Shown here in pieces: positions 27,311 to 37,497 of a stretch of DNA of 64,000 nt. A program made the translations under genes and the position numbers. Source of the stretch: Candidatus Omnitrophota bacterium (GTDB taxonomy: Bacteria; Omnitrophota; Gorgyraeia; JABMRN01; RBG-13-46-9). The stretch lies in the NCBI GenBank assembly GCA_013203315.1, contig JABMQJ010000018.1:1-64000 (forward strand), read 5' to 3'. Numbering within the stretch: position 1 is the stretch's first letter; the number at the start of each line of letters is the position of its first letter. Below the pieces are notes generated by a model. The model was not told where the DNA came from. It saw only the letters and a program-made list of their open reading frames with translations, and ran no database searches.

Positions 27311-28783
27311 ATGAAAATTTATTTTGTATACCCAGACATCTCATCCTTTCACGGTCTTCCGTACCATGCTGGACTTGCGTCGATTGCATCAACACTGATT
27401 GAGCATGGTCACGAAGTCAGGGTAAGCTATTTCGATAATATCAATAAGACGAAAGACATCGTACAAGATATACGCGCTTTTAAAGCTAAGTTGGTTGGCT
27501 TTACTACCGTTGAAACTCAATCTCGATATGCAAAACACCTCGCCTCGGAAATAAAAAAAACGCATCCTTGCTTTATTGTCTCTGGTGGTCCTCATGCAAC
27601 ATTAGCACCGGAAAGCATGCTTGATAATAATAGTTCTATTGACGCGGTTATTATCGGAGAGGGAGAGCGTGCAGTGACGGAACTAGTTGAAAAACTTGAA
27701 AAAGGCGAAAGCTGGTCGCACCTGAATAACATTGTTTATCGTGATAAAAAAACAGAGCACTTGATAAAGAACCGGTTAAATCCCCTTATTGATAATCTTG
27801 ACTCCTTAAGCTACCCGGCTACAGAGCTTTTTCCGTATCAAGATATAATAAACCGCCATAATATAGCGATGTTCCATTTTAATAGAGGGTGCCCTTATCG
27901 GTGTGGTTTTTGCTCGAACGTTGCCCTTGGCAAGATCTACGATTTGCCGTCGAATCGTGTAAGATTCCGGTCAGTTGAAAGCGTGATTGATGAGATTAAT
28001 GCTACGCTTTCGAAATATAGATTACGTGATGACACGGTTCTGCATTTCAGCGACGATTTGTTCACATTAAATAAAAAGTGGATAACTCATTTCTGCGATC
28101 TTTACAGAGAAAAAATCGGTAGACCATTCTGGTGCACCGGAAGATCAAATCTTATGACCGAAGAGATATGTGCGGTTCTAAAAAAGGCAGGGTGTGTATT
28201 ACTTATGATGAGTGTTGAGTCGGGCAACGATTACATTCGCAACAAAGTGATGTTGCGTGATATAGACAGGGAGACAATGTTCAGGTCCTTTGATTTGTGC
28301 CACAAGCACGGAATCAATACCTTGGCAACGTGTATTATAGGGCTTCCGTTCGAAACAATAGAGATGATAGAGGATTCCATCAAGACCGTGACCAAGCTCA
28401 AGTCCATTACTTCATACGGTATCAATATTTTTTATCCATATCAGGGGACATATTTGAGGAAAGTTTGTGAAGAGAAGGGGCTCATGTCGTCACGAATCGA
28501 GAATGATTTTATAGAACGTAAGGGTTCGATTTTAAACCTGCCCGATTTGCCTAATGATAAACTGTTATACTATTATAACAATTGGATAAGTCTGATTATG
28601 CGACATAAGCTGGCAAAGGAAAGAATAAAATATGCGCTACGTAACTGGTGGCAAGTGGTTAGAAAAACAGCCTTTGGCGACAAAATACGCCACATTATAA
28701 ACAACACAAGGCTTGGGAAAGCATTCAAAAAATATATAATGAAACACGTTTGGAGCCGCAATTACGCGGAAAGAACTGTATGA
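27311..28783 (+). CDS. cobalamin-binding radical SAM protein
   Basis: GLASIA, SGGPHAT, GEGE, RGCPYRCGFC, VESGN, PYQGT. Confidence 0.9.
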   Translation: MKIYFVYPDISSFHGLPYHAGLASIASTLIEHGHEVRVSYFDNINKTKDIVQDIRAFKAKLVGFTTVETQSRYAKHLASEIKKTHPCFIVSGGPHATLAPESMLDNNSSIDAVIIGEGERAVTELVEKLEKGESWSHLNNIVYRDKKTEHLIKNRLNPLIDNLDSLSYPATELFPYQDIINRHNIAMFHFNRGCPYRCGFCSNVALGKIYDLPSNRVRFRSVESVIDEINATLSKYRLRDDTVLHFSDDLFTLNKKWITHFCDLYREKIGRPFWCTGRSNLMTEEICAVLKKAGCVLLMMSVESGNDYIRNKVMLRDIDRETMFRSFDLCHKHGINTLATCIIGLPFETIEMIEDSIKTVTKLKSITSYGINIFYPYQGTYLRKVCEEKGLMSSRIENDFIERKGSILNLPDLPNDKLLYYYNNWISLIMRHKLAKERIKYALRNWWQVVRKTAFGDKIRHIINNTRLGKAFKKYIMKHVWSRNYAERTV

Positions 28784-30669
28784 AAATAAAGAAGCTTGTA
28801 TTTGTCGATAATATCACTGGCTGCGGAAAAGGGGATGCCGATACATTATATATTGCGTTAAAACCAGCTGCATATTCCTATCTCAAAAAGCAGGGCGCGA
28901 ATGTGCATTCCACGATTAATTATTTTACCAACGATTCGCACAAAAAAGCGTTAGAGAAATCCGAAGCACTTATGAAATGGATAAGAAGGGAATTGAAATT
29001 TAAGAGCCTTGACATAGGTGTGAACCGGGCATACAGCGATCTTTTTTCTTTCTGGATGCGGCTCGAGATCCACTATTTTTTATGGACAACGGAGATTATC
29101 AGGAATGCAGCTATTCTGCATAAACCCGAGATAATCGCCGCTGCCCTTCCGGGTAAATACGCCAGCATGAAGCTATCCATAGAGTCCGAAGAATGCTATT
29201 TAGGTACCCTAGCACAGGCAATGGCACGTAACGAAAATATAGAATTCGAAAATCTCAGTAAAAGCAGAATTAAACACGCAAAAAATTTTCCAGATATCGA
29301 TACGAGAAGAATAAAACACCTTATAAAATTTATATTGAAATACGTTAAGTTTTACATATGGCAAAGGGTCTTATATTTTAGAAATATGAATAATAAAAAA
29401 CGTCCTGTTTTTTTTGCGACGATGCACTACAATATGCACAGTCTCGCCAATGACTTAAAGAAAGCAATTCCGGATAGAAAATTTTACCTATTCACAGGCC
29501 CGATTCTTTCTTACACAAAAATACCGCGCATATTTATAAAAATGTTTGAAAGACGTTTTGCAAAAACTATACTAGGACAGAAAGAACTATTGGATGGTTT
29601 TGCGACAAAACTTGGCAAAGAAACAACTCTTTTTTCCTCAAATGGCATTTCTTTTTCTTCCATGCTTTCCCATAAAATAAAGGCCAATATCACAGACCAC
29701 ATAATAAGTTTCTATCTTTGGACGGCAAAACTTGATAGTTGTCTGGATATTATAAAACCTGGCATGGTCATATCAAACGGTAACCGTTCAGACGATATCG
29801 CCCTCGCAGAGCTATGTTTAAGAAAAAAAATCCCTGACATATTAATATCGCACGGTTCTCATGTATGTCCGAAAAACAAATACGAATGCATAGAATGGGG
29901 TGAGCATGGGGTAGCTTTTTTAAAGGCGCCGTTTTCATCCCTGGTATTGCAGTCGCCTCTTGCAGAAGGATATATTAAAGCCTTTCCAACGCAAAGCAAT
30001 ATATTTCGTAGCAAACCCATTCTTTGGGGTAAGCCGGCAGAACCTAATATAAAGGCGAATTTATCCAAGGAATTGCTCGAGTTAAAACATGAAAAGCAGA
30101 ATGTAAAAATCATAGTGCACGCGGGCACACCCAAAATGAGCAATAATCTACGATTATATGTTTACGAAACGCCCGATGAATATCTGGAAGCGCTTTCTGA
30201 TCTGGCGAATACAGTGAAGAGCATGAAAGAGACAGTTCTCATCGTAAAGTTTCGGCCGTCACCTGAAATCAGCGTTAATAACCTTAGAGAGCGTATACCT
30301 TTTTCAGAAAACGTGATTTTAAGTGTGGAGGAACCGTTCAATGCTGTACTGGAAATGGCGGATGTATTGATAAGCTTTTCTTCTACCACTATCGAAGAGG
30401 CATTGCAAAAAAAGATTCCTGTTTTGCTTTACGGCGGACAAGGTAGGTATAAACACGTTTCTGCCGGAAGCATTACACTCGGAGATCCCGTTAAGCCGGA
30501 AGCCGTTTATCATGTGGAAAATAAGCAAGACTTGAAATATGCTATAAAAACGATTTTGGGGTTAAATATCAATGGTAAAAATAGAGATAACGATTTATTT
30601 AAACCGTATATATATCCTGACCACGAGACGAAACCGCTTCTTAATTTGATAGAAAAAGAGGTCGGATGA
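28780..30669 (+). CDS. hypothetical polysaccharide biosynthesis protein, putative GT-B-fold transferase
   Basis: About 630 aa; ISHG, IVKFRP, ADVLISFSSTTIEEAL..KIPV are typical of the C-terminal Rossmann domain of capsule-type transferases. ATG 28780 overlaps the previous TGA. Confidence 0.6.
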   Translation: MKIKKLVFVDNITGCGKGDADTLYIALKPAAYSYLKKQGANVHSTINYFTNDSHKKALEKSEALMKWIRRELKFKSLDIGVNRAYSDLFSFWMRLEIHYFLWTTEIIRNAAILHKPEIIAAALPGKYASMKLSIESEECYLGTLAQAMARNENIEFENLSKSRIKHAKNFPDIDTRRIKHLIKFILKYVKFYIWQRVLYFRNMNNKKRPVFFATMHYNMHSLANDLKKAIPDRKFYLFTGPILSYTKIPRIFIKMFERRFAKTILGQKELLDGFATKLGKETTLFSSNGISFSSMLSHKIKANITDHIISFYLWTAKLDSCLDIIKPGMVISNGNRSDDIALAELCLRKKIPDILISHGSHVCPKNKYECIEWGEHGVAFLKAPFSSLVLQSPLAEGYIKAFPTQSNIFRSKPILWGKPAEPNIKANLSKELLELKHEKQNVKIIVHAGTPKMSNNLRLYVYETPDEYLEALSDLANTVKSMKETVLIVKFRPSPEISVNNLRERIPFSENVILSVEEPFNAVLEMADVLISFSSTTIEEALQKKIPVLLYGGQGRYKHVSAGSITLGDPVKPEAVYHVENKQDLKYAIKTILGLNINGKNRDNDLFKPYIYPDHETKPLLNLIEKEVG

Positions 30670-31658
30670 TACAAAAGAAAGAATTGTTAAATGAAATGAA
30701 GAATTCAAAGGCATTAAAATCGCTTGCTGTTTTTGGCAAAAAGCGTTTTTACAACATATATCATAGGGCAAGGCTGATTAAAACCGAATTTCCATCAGAA
30801 ATCTGGATTGAAAATACCAATTGTTGTAACGCCTCTTGCGTGATGTGCCCTCGTGAAAAACATACAAGAGCGCAGGGGTTCATGGATTTTTCACTTTTTG
30901 AAAAGCTAGCTAAGGAAATATCGCATTTTGGCAATATTGTAAAGAGGGTACATTTACACAACTATGGTGAACCCTTACTAGATAGAGACCTTGCCCGGCG
31001 CATAAGAACGGCGAAAGATTGCGGTATTAAGCATACATATATTGTTACCACTGCTTCGCTTCTTACCGTCGCGAAATCCAAAGAGATTATAGAAGCAGGC
31101 CTTGATGAGATGAAAATTAGTTTCTATGGGACCGATCAAAAAACGTATAACGATACAATGGTAGGACTTGACTTTTACAAGACACTTACCAATGTGGCCG
31201 ATTTTTTTAAAACAAGAAAGAAAATTGGGAAAAAGAATCCCCGAGTAGTCTTGCAATATCTGCCAACAGACAGCAATAAATCAAAGACAGAAGATTTTTT
31301 CCGTATCTTAAAACCGCTTATCGAAGAAGAAGTGGGAGATTGTTTCAATATTTTTGAACTCCACAATTATGGGTCCGGAAGATCCTATGTTAAATTGGGA
31401 GATATAACGCGGATTTGTCATTTTCCCTGGCGCACCATGGTTATTTTGCATGATGGGAAAGCAGTGCTCTGTTCACCCGATTATAATGGATTGCAGGTAG
31501 TTGGTGACACTAACACGAACACGATAAAAGAAATATGGAACGGTAATAAATATAAAAAGGTAAGGCAGGATTTTAAAAAATTAGAGTATCAAAATTACTC
31601 AGTTTGTAAAGAGTGTACCGCTGTGCGAGAAACTATGTACCCTAAAATAAATAGATAG
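30666..31658 (+). CDS. radical SAM protein with SPASM/twitch domain
   Basis: CNASCVMCP, GEPLLD, C.FPW.....DG...LC..D...VG...IWNG...CKEC. Confidence 0.88.
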   Translation: MIQKKELLNEMKNSKALKSLAVFGKKRFYNIYHRARLIKTEFPSEIWIENTNCCNASCVMCPREKHTRAQGFMDFSLFEKLAKEISHFGNIVKRVHLHNYGEPLLDRDLARRIRTAKDCGIKHTYIVTTASLLTVAKSKEIIEAGLDEMKISFYGTDQKTYNDTMVGLDFYKTLTNVADFFKTRKKIGKKNPRVVLQYLPTDSNKSKTEDFFRILKPLIEEEVGDCFNIFELHNYGSGRSYVKLGDITRICHFPWRTMVILHDGKAVLCSPDYNGLQVVGDTNTNTIKEIWNGNKYKKVRQDFKKLEYQNYSVCKECTAVRETMYPKINR

Positions 31659-31669
31659 GATCATATCAA

Positions 31670-33466
31670 ATGAAGGTTACAAAATTTGTATTTCGTTATC
31701 TCAAAGTTTATCCGGCTCTCTCATTAACGATTTTAGCGCTTATCATTATAACATCACTTTTTGAAGGTGCAAGTTTTAGCGTCCTTATTCCGCTAATACA
31801 AAGCATGATTGGTGGAAGCACTAACCTGTTTGATAAAATCCCATTCATAAACACCTTATGGCAGCCTTTTTCATCTATGGGGCAAGCAGAAACGGTGTCA
31901 CTTATCTTTATTTTGATGCTTGGGCTGCTTTTGATAAAAAATGTATTTGTGTATTTTTCCGGCGTTCTCATAGCAAAATTAGGATTTGGAGCGACACGGG
32001 ACTTCAGAGTAAAACTTATGGACAATTTACTTGATTACGATATGCGTTTTTTTGATAGCGCTAAAACAGGCCACATAATAGCCAGCATTAATACCGAAAC
32101 CGAGCGTATGGGGAATTTTATAAAGGCAGTTCTTCAGCTTATTGCCTTTTCCGGAAAAGTAATTGCATATATGGTGCTTTTATTTCTAATATCATGGAAG
32201 GTAAGCATCTTGGTATTTTCATTGGTTGCAATAGTTTTAATACCTATTGAGTCTATCATGAAGAAGATAAGGGACGTAAGCATGTTTATATCAAGCGCTG
32301 TCGCAAATTATAATTATAAATTAATAGAATTACTCAGCGGTATACGACTTATAAGGGCATGCGGTACCGAGAGTTTGGAGAAAAAAGCTTTTAAAACCAA
32401 AGCGGACGACATCTTTAATTTTCGCTATAAAGGGCATAAGTATATAAATCTTATCATACCCTTGTCGGAGGTTTTAATATTCACCCTTATCGTGATTAGC
32501 GTTCTGGTCCTTATTAATGTTGTAAAAGTAGATATTGCAAGCACGTTCCCTTTGATGGCTACATATCTACTCGCTATGGTAAGGATGCTTACGCAGATAA
32601 ACACGCTAAACAATAACCGCTCTGCTGCATTGAAGAAATTAGCATCATTTACGGTCTACGATAGATTTTATGACGAAAGAGGTAAAAAGGCGATAAAAAA
32701 CGGGCAGAAAAAAATCAATGTTTTTTCTAATTCAATAGAATTTAAAAAAGTAAATTTTTCTTACACAAAGGACAAAGAAGTCTTGAGAGATGTAAGCATG
32801 AAAGCCCCAAAAGGAAAAGTAACCGCCCTTGTGGGTGCCTCCGGAGCAGGCAAGAGTACAATTGTTAATTTAATATTGAGGTTTTACGAAGTTAATTCGG
32901 GAGATATATTGGTTGACGGAGTAAGTTTAAAAAGTTTTGATTTGAAAAGCTGGAGGCAAAAAATCGGTCTTGTTTCGCAGGATGTATTTATTTTTAACAC
33001 AAGCGTGAAAGATAATATTGCCTATGGCCACGCGCGAATAGAGGAAGAAAAAATAGTCGCCGCTGCCAAAACAGCTAATGCGCATGATTTTATAATGAGC
33101 TTCCCCAATCAGTATGACACAATTTTAGGGGAAAGAGGCGTGAGACTTTCAGGCGGACAAAAACAGCGAATTTCCATAGCCAGAGCCATCATACATAATC
33201 CCGAGATACTAATTCTTGACGAGGCAACCAGTTCGCTTGATACAAAAACAGAAATATTAATAAATGAAGCTGTTGACAGACTTACTAAAGACCGAACAGT
33301 TATAGCTATTGCGCATCGGCTATCTACGATTCTGCATGCAGACAATATTATTGTTTTAGACGAAGGCAGGGTTGTTGAAAGCGGCACACATCCAAGTCTG
33401 ATAAGCGAAAAGGGTCTTTATAAACAATTATATGATGTGCAGTTTAGTTCTCAGGTAGCAAGATGA
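31670..33466 (+). CDS. ABC transporter, fused TMD-NBD (MsbA/PglK/Wzk-like), putative lipid-linked glycan flippase
   Basis: N-terminal TM helices; Walker A GASGAGKS, signature LSGGQKQR, Walker B ILILDEATS, IAHRLST. Confidence 0.9.
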   Translation: MKVTKFVFRYLKVYPALSLTILALIIITSLFEGASFSVLIPLIQSMIGGSTNLFDKIPFINTLWQPFSSMGQAETVSLIFILMLGLLLIKNVFVYFSGVLIAKLGFGATRDFRVKLMDNLLDYDMRFFDSAKTGHIIASINTETERMGNFIKAVLQLIAFSGKVIAYMVLLFLISWKVSILVFSLVAIVLIPIESIMKKIRDVSMFISSAVANYNYKLIELLSGIRLIRACGTESLEKKAFKTKADDIFNFRYKGHKYINLIIPLSEVLIFTLIVISVLVLINVVKVDIASTFPLMATYLLAMVRMLTQINTLNNNRSAALKKLASFTVYDRFYDERGKKAIKNGQKKINVFSNSIEFKKVNFSYTKDKEVLRDVSMKAPKGKVTALVGASGAGKSTIVNLILRFYEVNSGDILVDGVSLKSFDLKSWRQKIGLVSQDVFIFNTSVKDNIAYGHARIEEEKIVAAAKTANAHDFIMSFPNQYDTILGERGVRLSGGQKQRISIARAIIHNPEILILDEATSSLDTKTEILINEAVDRLTKDRTVIAIAHRLSTILHADNIIVLDEGRVVESGTHPSLISEKGLYKQLYDVQFSSQVAR

Positions 33467-34977
33467 AAAAAACAATTCTTTTTAATCCCGTTGGCATTGT
33501 CCACGATAGAAATATCGAGAAATTCGAAAATGTATTATCAGAGTGGAATATAAGGCGTCTATACAATCCAAATCTTCCATGGACATCGTCTTTCAGGAAA
33601 GACAAAGCCGACACGCATTATTTTACCGGCGGAAGGGTACCTGATAGTGCCTTCAAAGATGTAAGAGCAGTTATTTGCTTTTCAGCGCAACCACGGATTC
33701 CGTTTTCAGTTCTTGCGGAAAAGGCGTTGCTTCGATCCATCCCGGTAATCGCCATAGAAGAGGTGTATCAAATGGCTTTGCAGCAGGGCCACGTGAACGA
33801 ATATTTTTTGCCTGTTGATCATCTTTTTGTCGGTTCGGATTACGAAAAAGACGCGTTTCTTAAAATAGGTGTACCGGAAAATGTTGTCGAGGTAACGGGT
33901 TGCCCGTTTCGGATAAGCAAAGAGAAGGGCACATCGGATATAGAAGAAAAGTATAATATTAAAAGAATACTCGGTTGTGATCCGAAAAAACCCCTTGCCG
34001 TGATTTGCCTTACACTTCTTACTCCTGACGGAGAAACAAGAGAAGTGAGACAAAGGATTCTGGGCATGGCAAGCAAAGAAGTGCCCGAAAGCTATGAATT
34101 GATCGTAAAGGCGCATCCCGCAGAAGACAAAAAGAATCTTGAGGAATTCGTGAAAGAATTCGCACCCAGGGCAAGGGTAGTTGATTCGCATATACCAATC
34201 GAAAGAATATTAAAGGCTACCGATGTATTATTTAACAGAAGCAATTCACAGGTTGTCATAGATGCGCTTGACAAGCACGTCCCTGTAATCGCGTTGCCGC
34301 TGGGTAAAAGAAGTATATTTCACGGATTAATAGAAGAGGTTATAGCGGATAAGCCGGAAGACATTAAAAACATATTAGAGCTTATAAAAGCGAAGGGCAT
34401 GGCCCTCTATAAGCCTATTTTTGAAAAATACCTTTATATAACACCTGAGGAATCATTAAGCAAGGTGGCCTCGCGTATTGCCGAGATAGCGGAGAACGGT
34501 GATCTCTACAAGCCCGAAGAGCGTTTGTTAGAATTTGGATTGTTTTGGGCATGGATGGGGTACCCGTCACAGTCGTTTAGGGTTTTTGATGCGCTTCCGA
34601 GAGTTTTTAAAAGGACAAATGAACATCTTGACGCGGCGCGTCAGCTCGTTTCCTGCAAAGCAACTCATGAAAATATCGATTCTTTGAAGAAGTGGGCATC
34701 GCGCAGCTACAGGGAGTGGATAGTAAAAAGCTTGTGGATCAGGTCTTTATATCTAAACCGGAGTAAGATGAATGATTTCGACGTGCAATGGCTTGCCGAT
34801 TTTCCTCCGAGGATGAATAGATACCATTTTCTGCCATTTACGCGCATGCTCGGATGGTGCTATAAACGGTCCGGATTGCAATTTGATAAAAACATCAGCA
34901 GCTGGCGGGAGCAAGTTAGTTCTAATTTAAAAACGTCACTTAAAGATATTGTGTTTAGCCACAAAATGAGGCATTAG
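33463..34977 (+). CDS. hypothetical protein with GT-B-like (capsule biosynthesis) domain
   Basis: V.VTG.P, IVKAHPAE, DVL....SQV..DAL....PV; helical C-terminal extension. Confidence 0.55.
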   Translation: MKKTILFNPVGIVHDRNIEKFENVLSEWNIRRLYNPNLPWTSSFRKDKADTHYFTGGRVPDSAFKDVRAVICFSAQPRIPFSVLAEKALLRSIPVIAIEEVYQMALQQGHVNEYFLPVDHLFVGSDYEKDAFLKIGVPENVVEVTGCPFRISKEKGTSDIEEKYNIKRILGCDPKKPLAVICLTLLTPDGETREVRQRILGMASKEVPESYELIVKAHPAEDKKNLEEFVKEFAPRARVVDSHIPIERILKATDVLFNRSNSQVVIDALDKHVPVIALPLGKRSIFHGLIEEVIADKPEDIKNILELIKAKGMALYKPIFEKYLYITPEESLSKVASRIAEIAENGDLYKPEERLLEFGLFWAWMGYPSQSFRVFDALPRVFKRTNEHLDAARQLVSCKATHENIDSLKKWASRSYREWIVKSLWIRSLYLNRSKMNDFDVQWLADFPPRMNRYHFLPFTRMLGWCYKRSGLQFDKNISSWREQVSSNLKTSLKDIVFSHKMRH

Positions 34978-34983
34978 GCAAAG

Positions 34984-36504
34984 ATGCGAGTGTTATTCGT
35001 TAATTTTAATCTTAATTCGACGCCGGGCATAAATAACGGGTTGGCAATTCTGTCTTCTGTTTTAAAGAAAAAAAACCACGAGGTCAGGCTTCTTTTTCTT
35101 TGCAATGAGCTCGGTTATGATTTAGATTTTGCACGTATAAAAAAAGATGTATTGGATTCCAGGCCGGATATCATAGGAATTTCTCTGATGGAAACACAAC
35201 TCAAGCACATGAAGGCTTTTTTAAAAAACCTGAGAAAATATTATAAGGGTTTAGTTGTCTGCGGAGGGCCGCATCCTACGATGAATCCCGAAGACGTGCT
35301 TTCTATAAAAGGCATAGATGTTGTGTGCGTCGGAGAAGGCGAGGGCGCTATTCTTGAATTTATCGAAGCATTAAAAGCCGGAAGGGATTATAAAGACATA
35401 AAGAACTTATGGTTCAATTCAGATAACGGTAAAATCATCAAAAACAGGCTGCGTTTTTTCACATCGCTTGAGACCTTGCCCCCGGAGGATAAAGAACTCT
35501 TCGACCTTGATAAGTTGCTCCCTCTAAAAAATTATCAACTGGAGGTTATGCTTGGAAGGGGATGTATGTATCAATGCACCTACTGTATTAATAAGCCCTT
35601 TATAGAGCAGTATAGACAGTTGTGTGAAAATGAGATTACTGCAAAAGATTATATGCGAGTTAAAAAAAGTTGTACCGTAATAGAAGAAATTAAGAATAGC
35701 GTGTTACGGCATCCTGAGATCAAAAAAATAGCTTTTATTGATGACGATTTTCTTATGTATACAAATTTCGCGAATGACTTTTTTGAAAAATACAAAAAAG
35801 AAATCAATCTCCCATTCATGTGCAATATAAATCCTGTGTCGTTTAATGTGTCCAAGGGGCATCTGTTAAAGGAAGCCGGTTGTGATGATATACGTTTTGG
35901 CGTAGAGAGCGGTAGCGAGAGGGTAAAAAATGACATCATGAAAAGGCCTATTCGTAACAGGAGCATTATAAGCGCTTTTAATATCACTAAAAAACTAGGT
36001 TTAATGACCAGCTCATTTAACATGATAGGCTTGCCTACGGAAACCAAGGAAGAGATTCTCGAAACCCTGAAACTCAATGCTGCCATAGGGCCCGATAGCA
36101 TGAAGGTAATGACTTTCTACCCGTTTAAAAATACACCTCTTTATGATGTATGCCGAGAAATGGATCTAATAGATGAAGAAAAAAAGATGGAGCTGGATAA
36201 TTACGATACTTTTACCTGTCTTAGATTTCCTGCGGAACATCAGCTCTTTTTAAGGAAGGTTCAGAGTGTATTTAACTGGTACATCAATGCATTTTTAGAG
36301 AATGAAGCCTCCGGGGAGTACTCAAAAATGATAAGGGATGTAGAAAAGATGACAGAAAGTCGTTGGGACAAGTTCGACCATCTCTCTTGCGATAAGGAAC
36401 TGTCAGAGAAAATGAGAAGAAAAAACGCGCCGCATTATTCAAAATTCGTAAATAGAAGTTTAGCAGTAAAATATCCAAGTAAACATTGTGAGAAAAAAAG
36501 GTGA
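34984..36504 (+). CDS. cobalamin-binding radical SAM protein
   Basis: GLAILS, CGGPHPT, GEGE, GRGCMYQCTYC, GVESGSE, MIGLPTE, PFKNT.LY. Confidence 0.9.
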   Translation: MRVLFVNFNLNSTPGINNGLAILSSVLKKKNHEVRLLFLCNELGYDLDFARIKKDVLDSRPDIIGISLMETQLKHMKAFLKNLRKYYKGLVVCGGPHPTMNPEDVLSIKGIDVVCVGEGEGAILEFIEALKAGRDYKDIKNLWFNSDNGKIIKNRLRFFTSLETLPPEDKELFDLDKLLPLKNYQLEVMLGRGCMYQCTYCINKPFIEQYRQLCENEITAKDYMRVKKSCTVIEEIKNSVLRHPEIKKIAFIDDDFLMYTNFANDFFEKYKKEINLPFMCNINPVSFNVSKGHLLKEAGCDDIRFGVESGSERVKNDIMKRPIRNRSIISAFNITKKLGLMTSSFNMIGLPTETKEEILETLKLNAAIGPDSMKVMTFYPFKNTPLYDVCREMDLIDEEKKMELDNYDTFTCLRFPAEHQLFLRKVQSVFNWYINAFLENEASGEYSKMIRDVEKMTESRWDKFDHLSCDKELSEKMRRKNAPHYSKFVNRSLAVKYPSKHCEKKR

Positions 36505-36516
36505 GGTAGGTGCAAT

Positions 36517-37497
36517 ATGTTCAATAAGAACCCAAGTGTTTCCATTGTTTTTCCGATTTTTAACGAAGAAGAGACTATAAAACTTCTATATCAACTTGTG
36601 AGAGATGTCTGCACAAAGTCCAACGTTGACTATGAGATGATATTCGTGGATGACGGCAGTACGGATAATTCACTAAATGTGGTCAAAGATTTGAAGAACC
36701 AAGACAAAAAAGTTGCCTTTGTTTCGTTATCGCGCAATTTTGGTCATCAAAGTGCGCTTTTTGCAGGCATGTCTTATGCCACAGGGGATGCCGTAATTAC
36801 AATGGACGCCGACTTGCAGCATTCACCGTCATTAATCCCAAAAATGATCGATTTATGGCGCAACGGCTACGAAGTTGTATATACGATGAAGAAAAAATAT
36901 GATTTACCGTTTATAATGTCATTAGTGATAAAGCTTTTCTATTGGTTTATTTCGAAGATATCCGACATACGTTTGAGCTTCGGTCAATCCGACTTTAGAT
37001 TGCTCGACAGAAAGGTTCTTGATGCTATTTTGGAAATTCCGGAATACCATAAATTTTTACGTGGGCAAATTGAATGGGTGGGTTTTCGACAATACGGTCT
37101 TATGTATGATGTAGAAAAGCGTCACAGCGGTAAATCTAAAATTTCTTATCGAAAGCGCCTTTCGTTTGCCTTAGACGGCATTTTTGCATTTTCCAGTTAT
37201 CCGTTACATTTATTAATGTCTTTTAGCATTGGCGTGGCAATATTATCTTTTCTTTATATATGCATCGAGTTAACCGGATGGATGCTGAAGGCATTAAATA
37301 TTTGCCCCAATTTAATCATACCCCATGGGTGGGTTACTCTAATCGTTTCGGTGTTTTTCCTGGGAAGCTTGCAACTTATGGCCATAGCCCTTGTTGGCGG
37401 ATATATCGGAAGAACCTACGACCAAACGAAGGGGCGCCCCGTTTTCATCATAAAAGAGTCGTCGGTTCAGAAGAAAACCCAAGCAGGAGCTCGCTGA
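36517..37497 (+). CDS. GtrB/ArnC-like polyprenol-phosphate glycosyltransferase (GT2)
   Basis: P.FNEE, FVDDGSTD, LSRNFGHQ.A, MDADLQH.P, DFRL.DR, two C-terminal TM helices, YIGR.Y..TK.RP. Confidence 0.9.
   Translation: MFNKNPSVSIVFPIFNEEETIKLLYQLVRDVCTKSNVDYEMIFVDDGSTDNSLNVVKDLKNQDKKVAFVSLSRNFGHQSALFAGMSYATGDAVITMDADLQHSPSLIPKMIDLWRNGYEVVYTMKKKYDLPFIMSLVIKLFYWFISKISDIRLSFGQSDFRLLDRKVLDAILEIPEYHKFLRGQIEWVGFRQYGLMYDVEKRHSGKSKISYRKRLSFALDGIFAFSSYPLHLLMSFSIGVAILSFLYICIELTGWMLKALNICPNLIIPHGWVTLIVSVFFLGSLQLMAIALVGGYIGRTYDQTKGRPVFIIKESSVQKKTQAGAR

Noticed and set aside
11900-35075. A8 homopolymer runs (for example near 11900, 13353, 22359, 35068) as slipped-strand switches
   Set aside because: They are short, in frame, encode Lys runs and are expected in AT-rich DNA; no frameshifted gene was observed.
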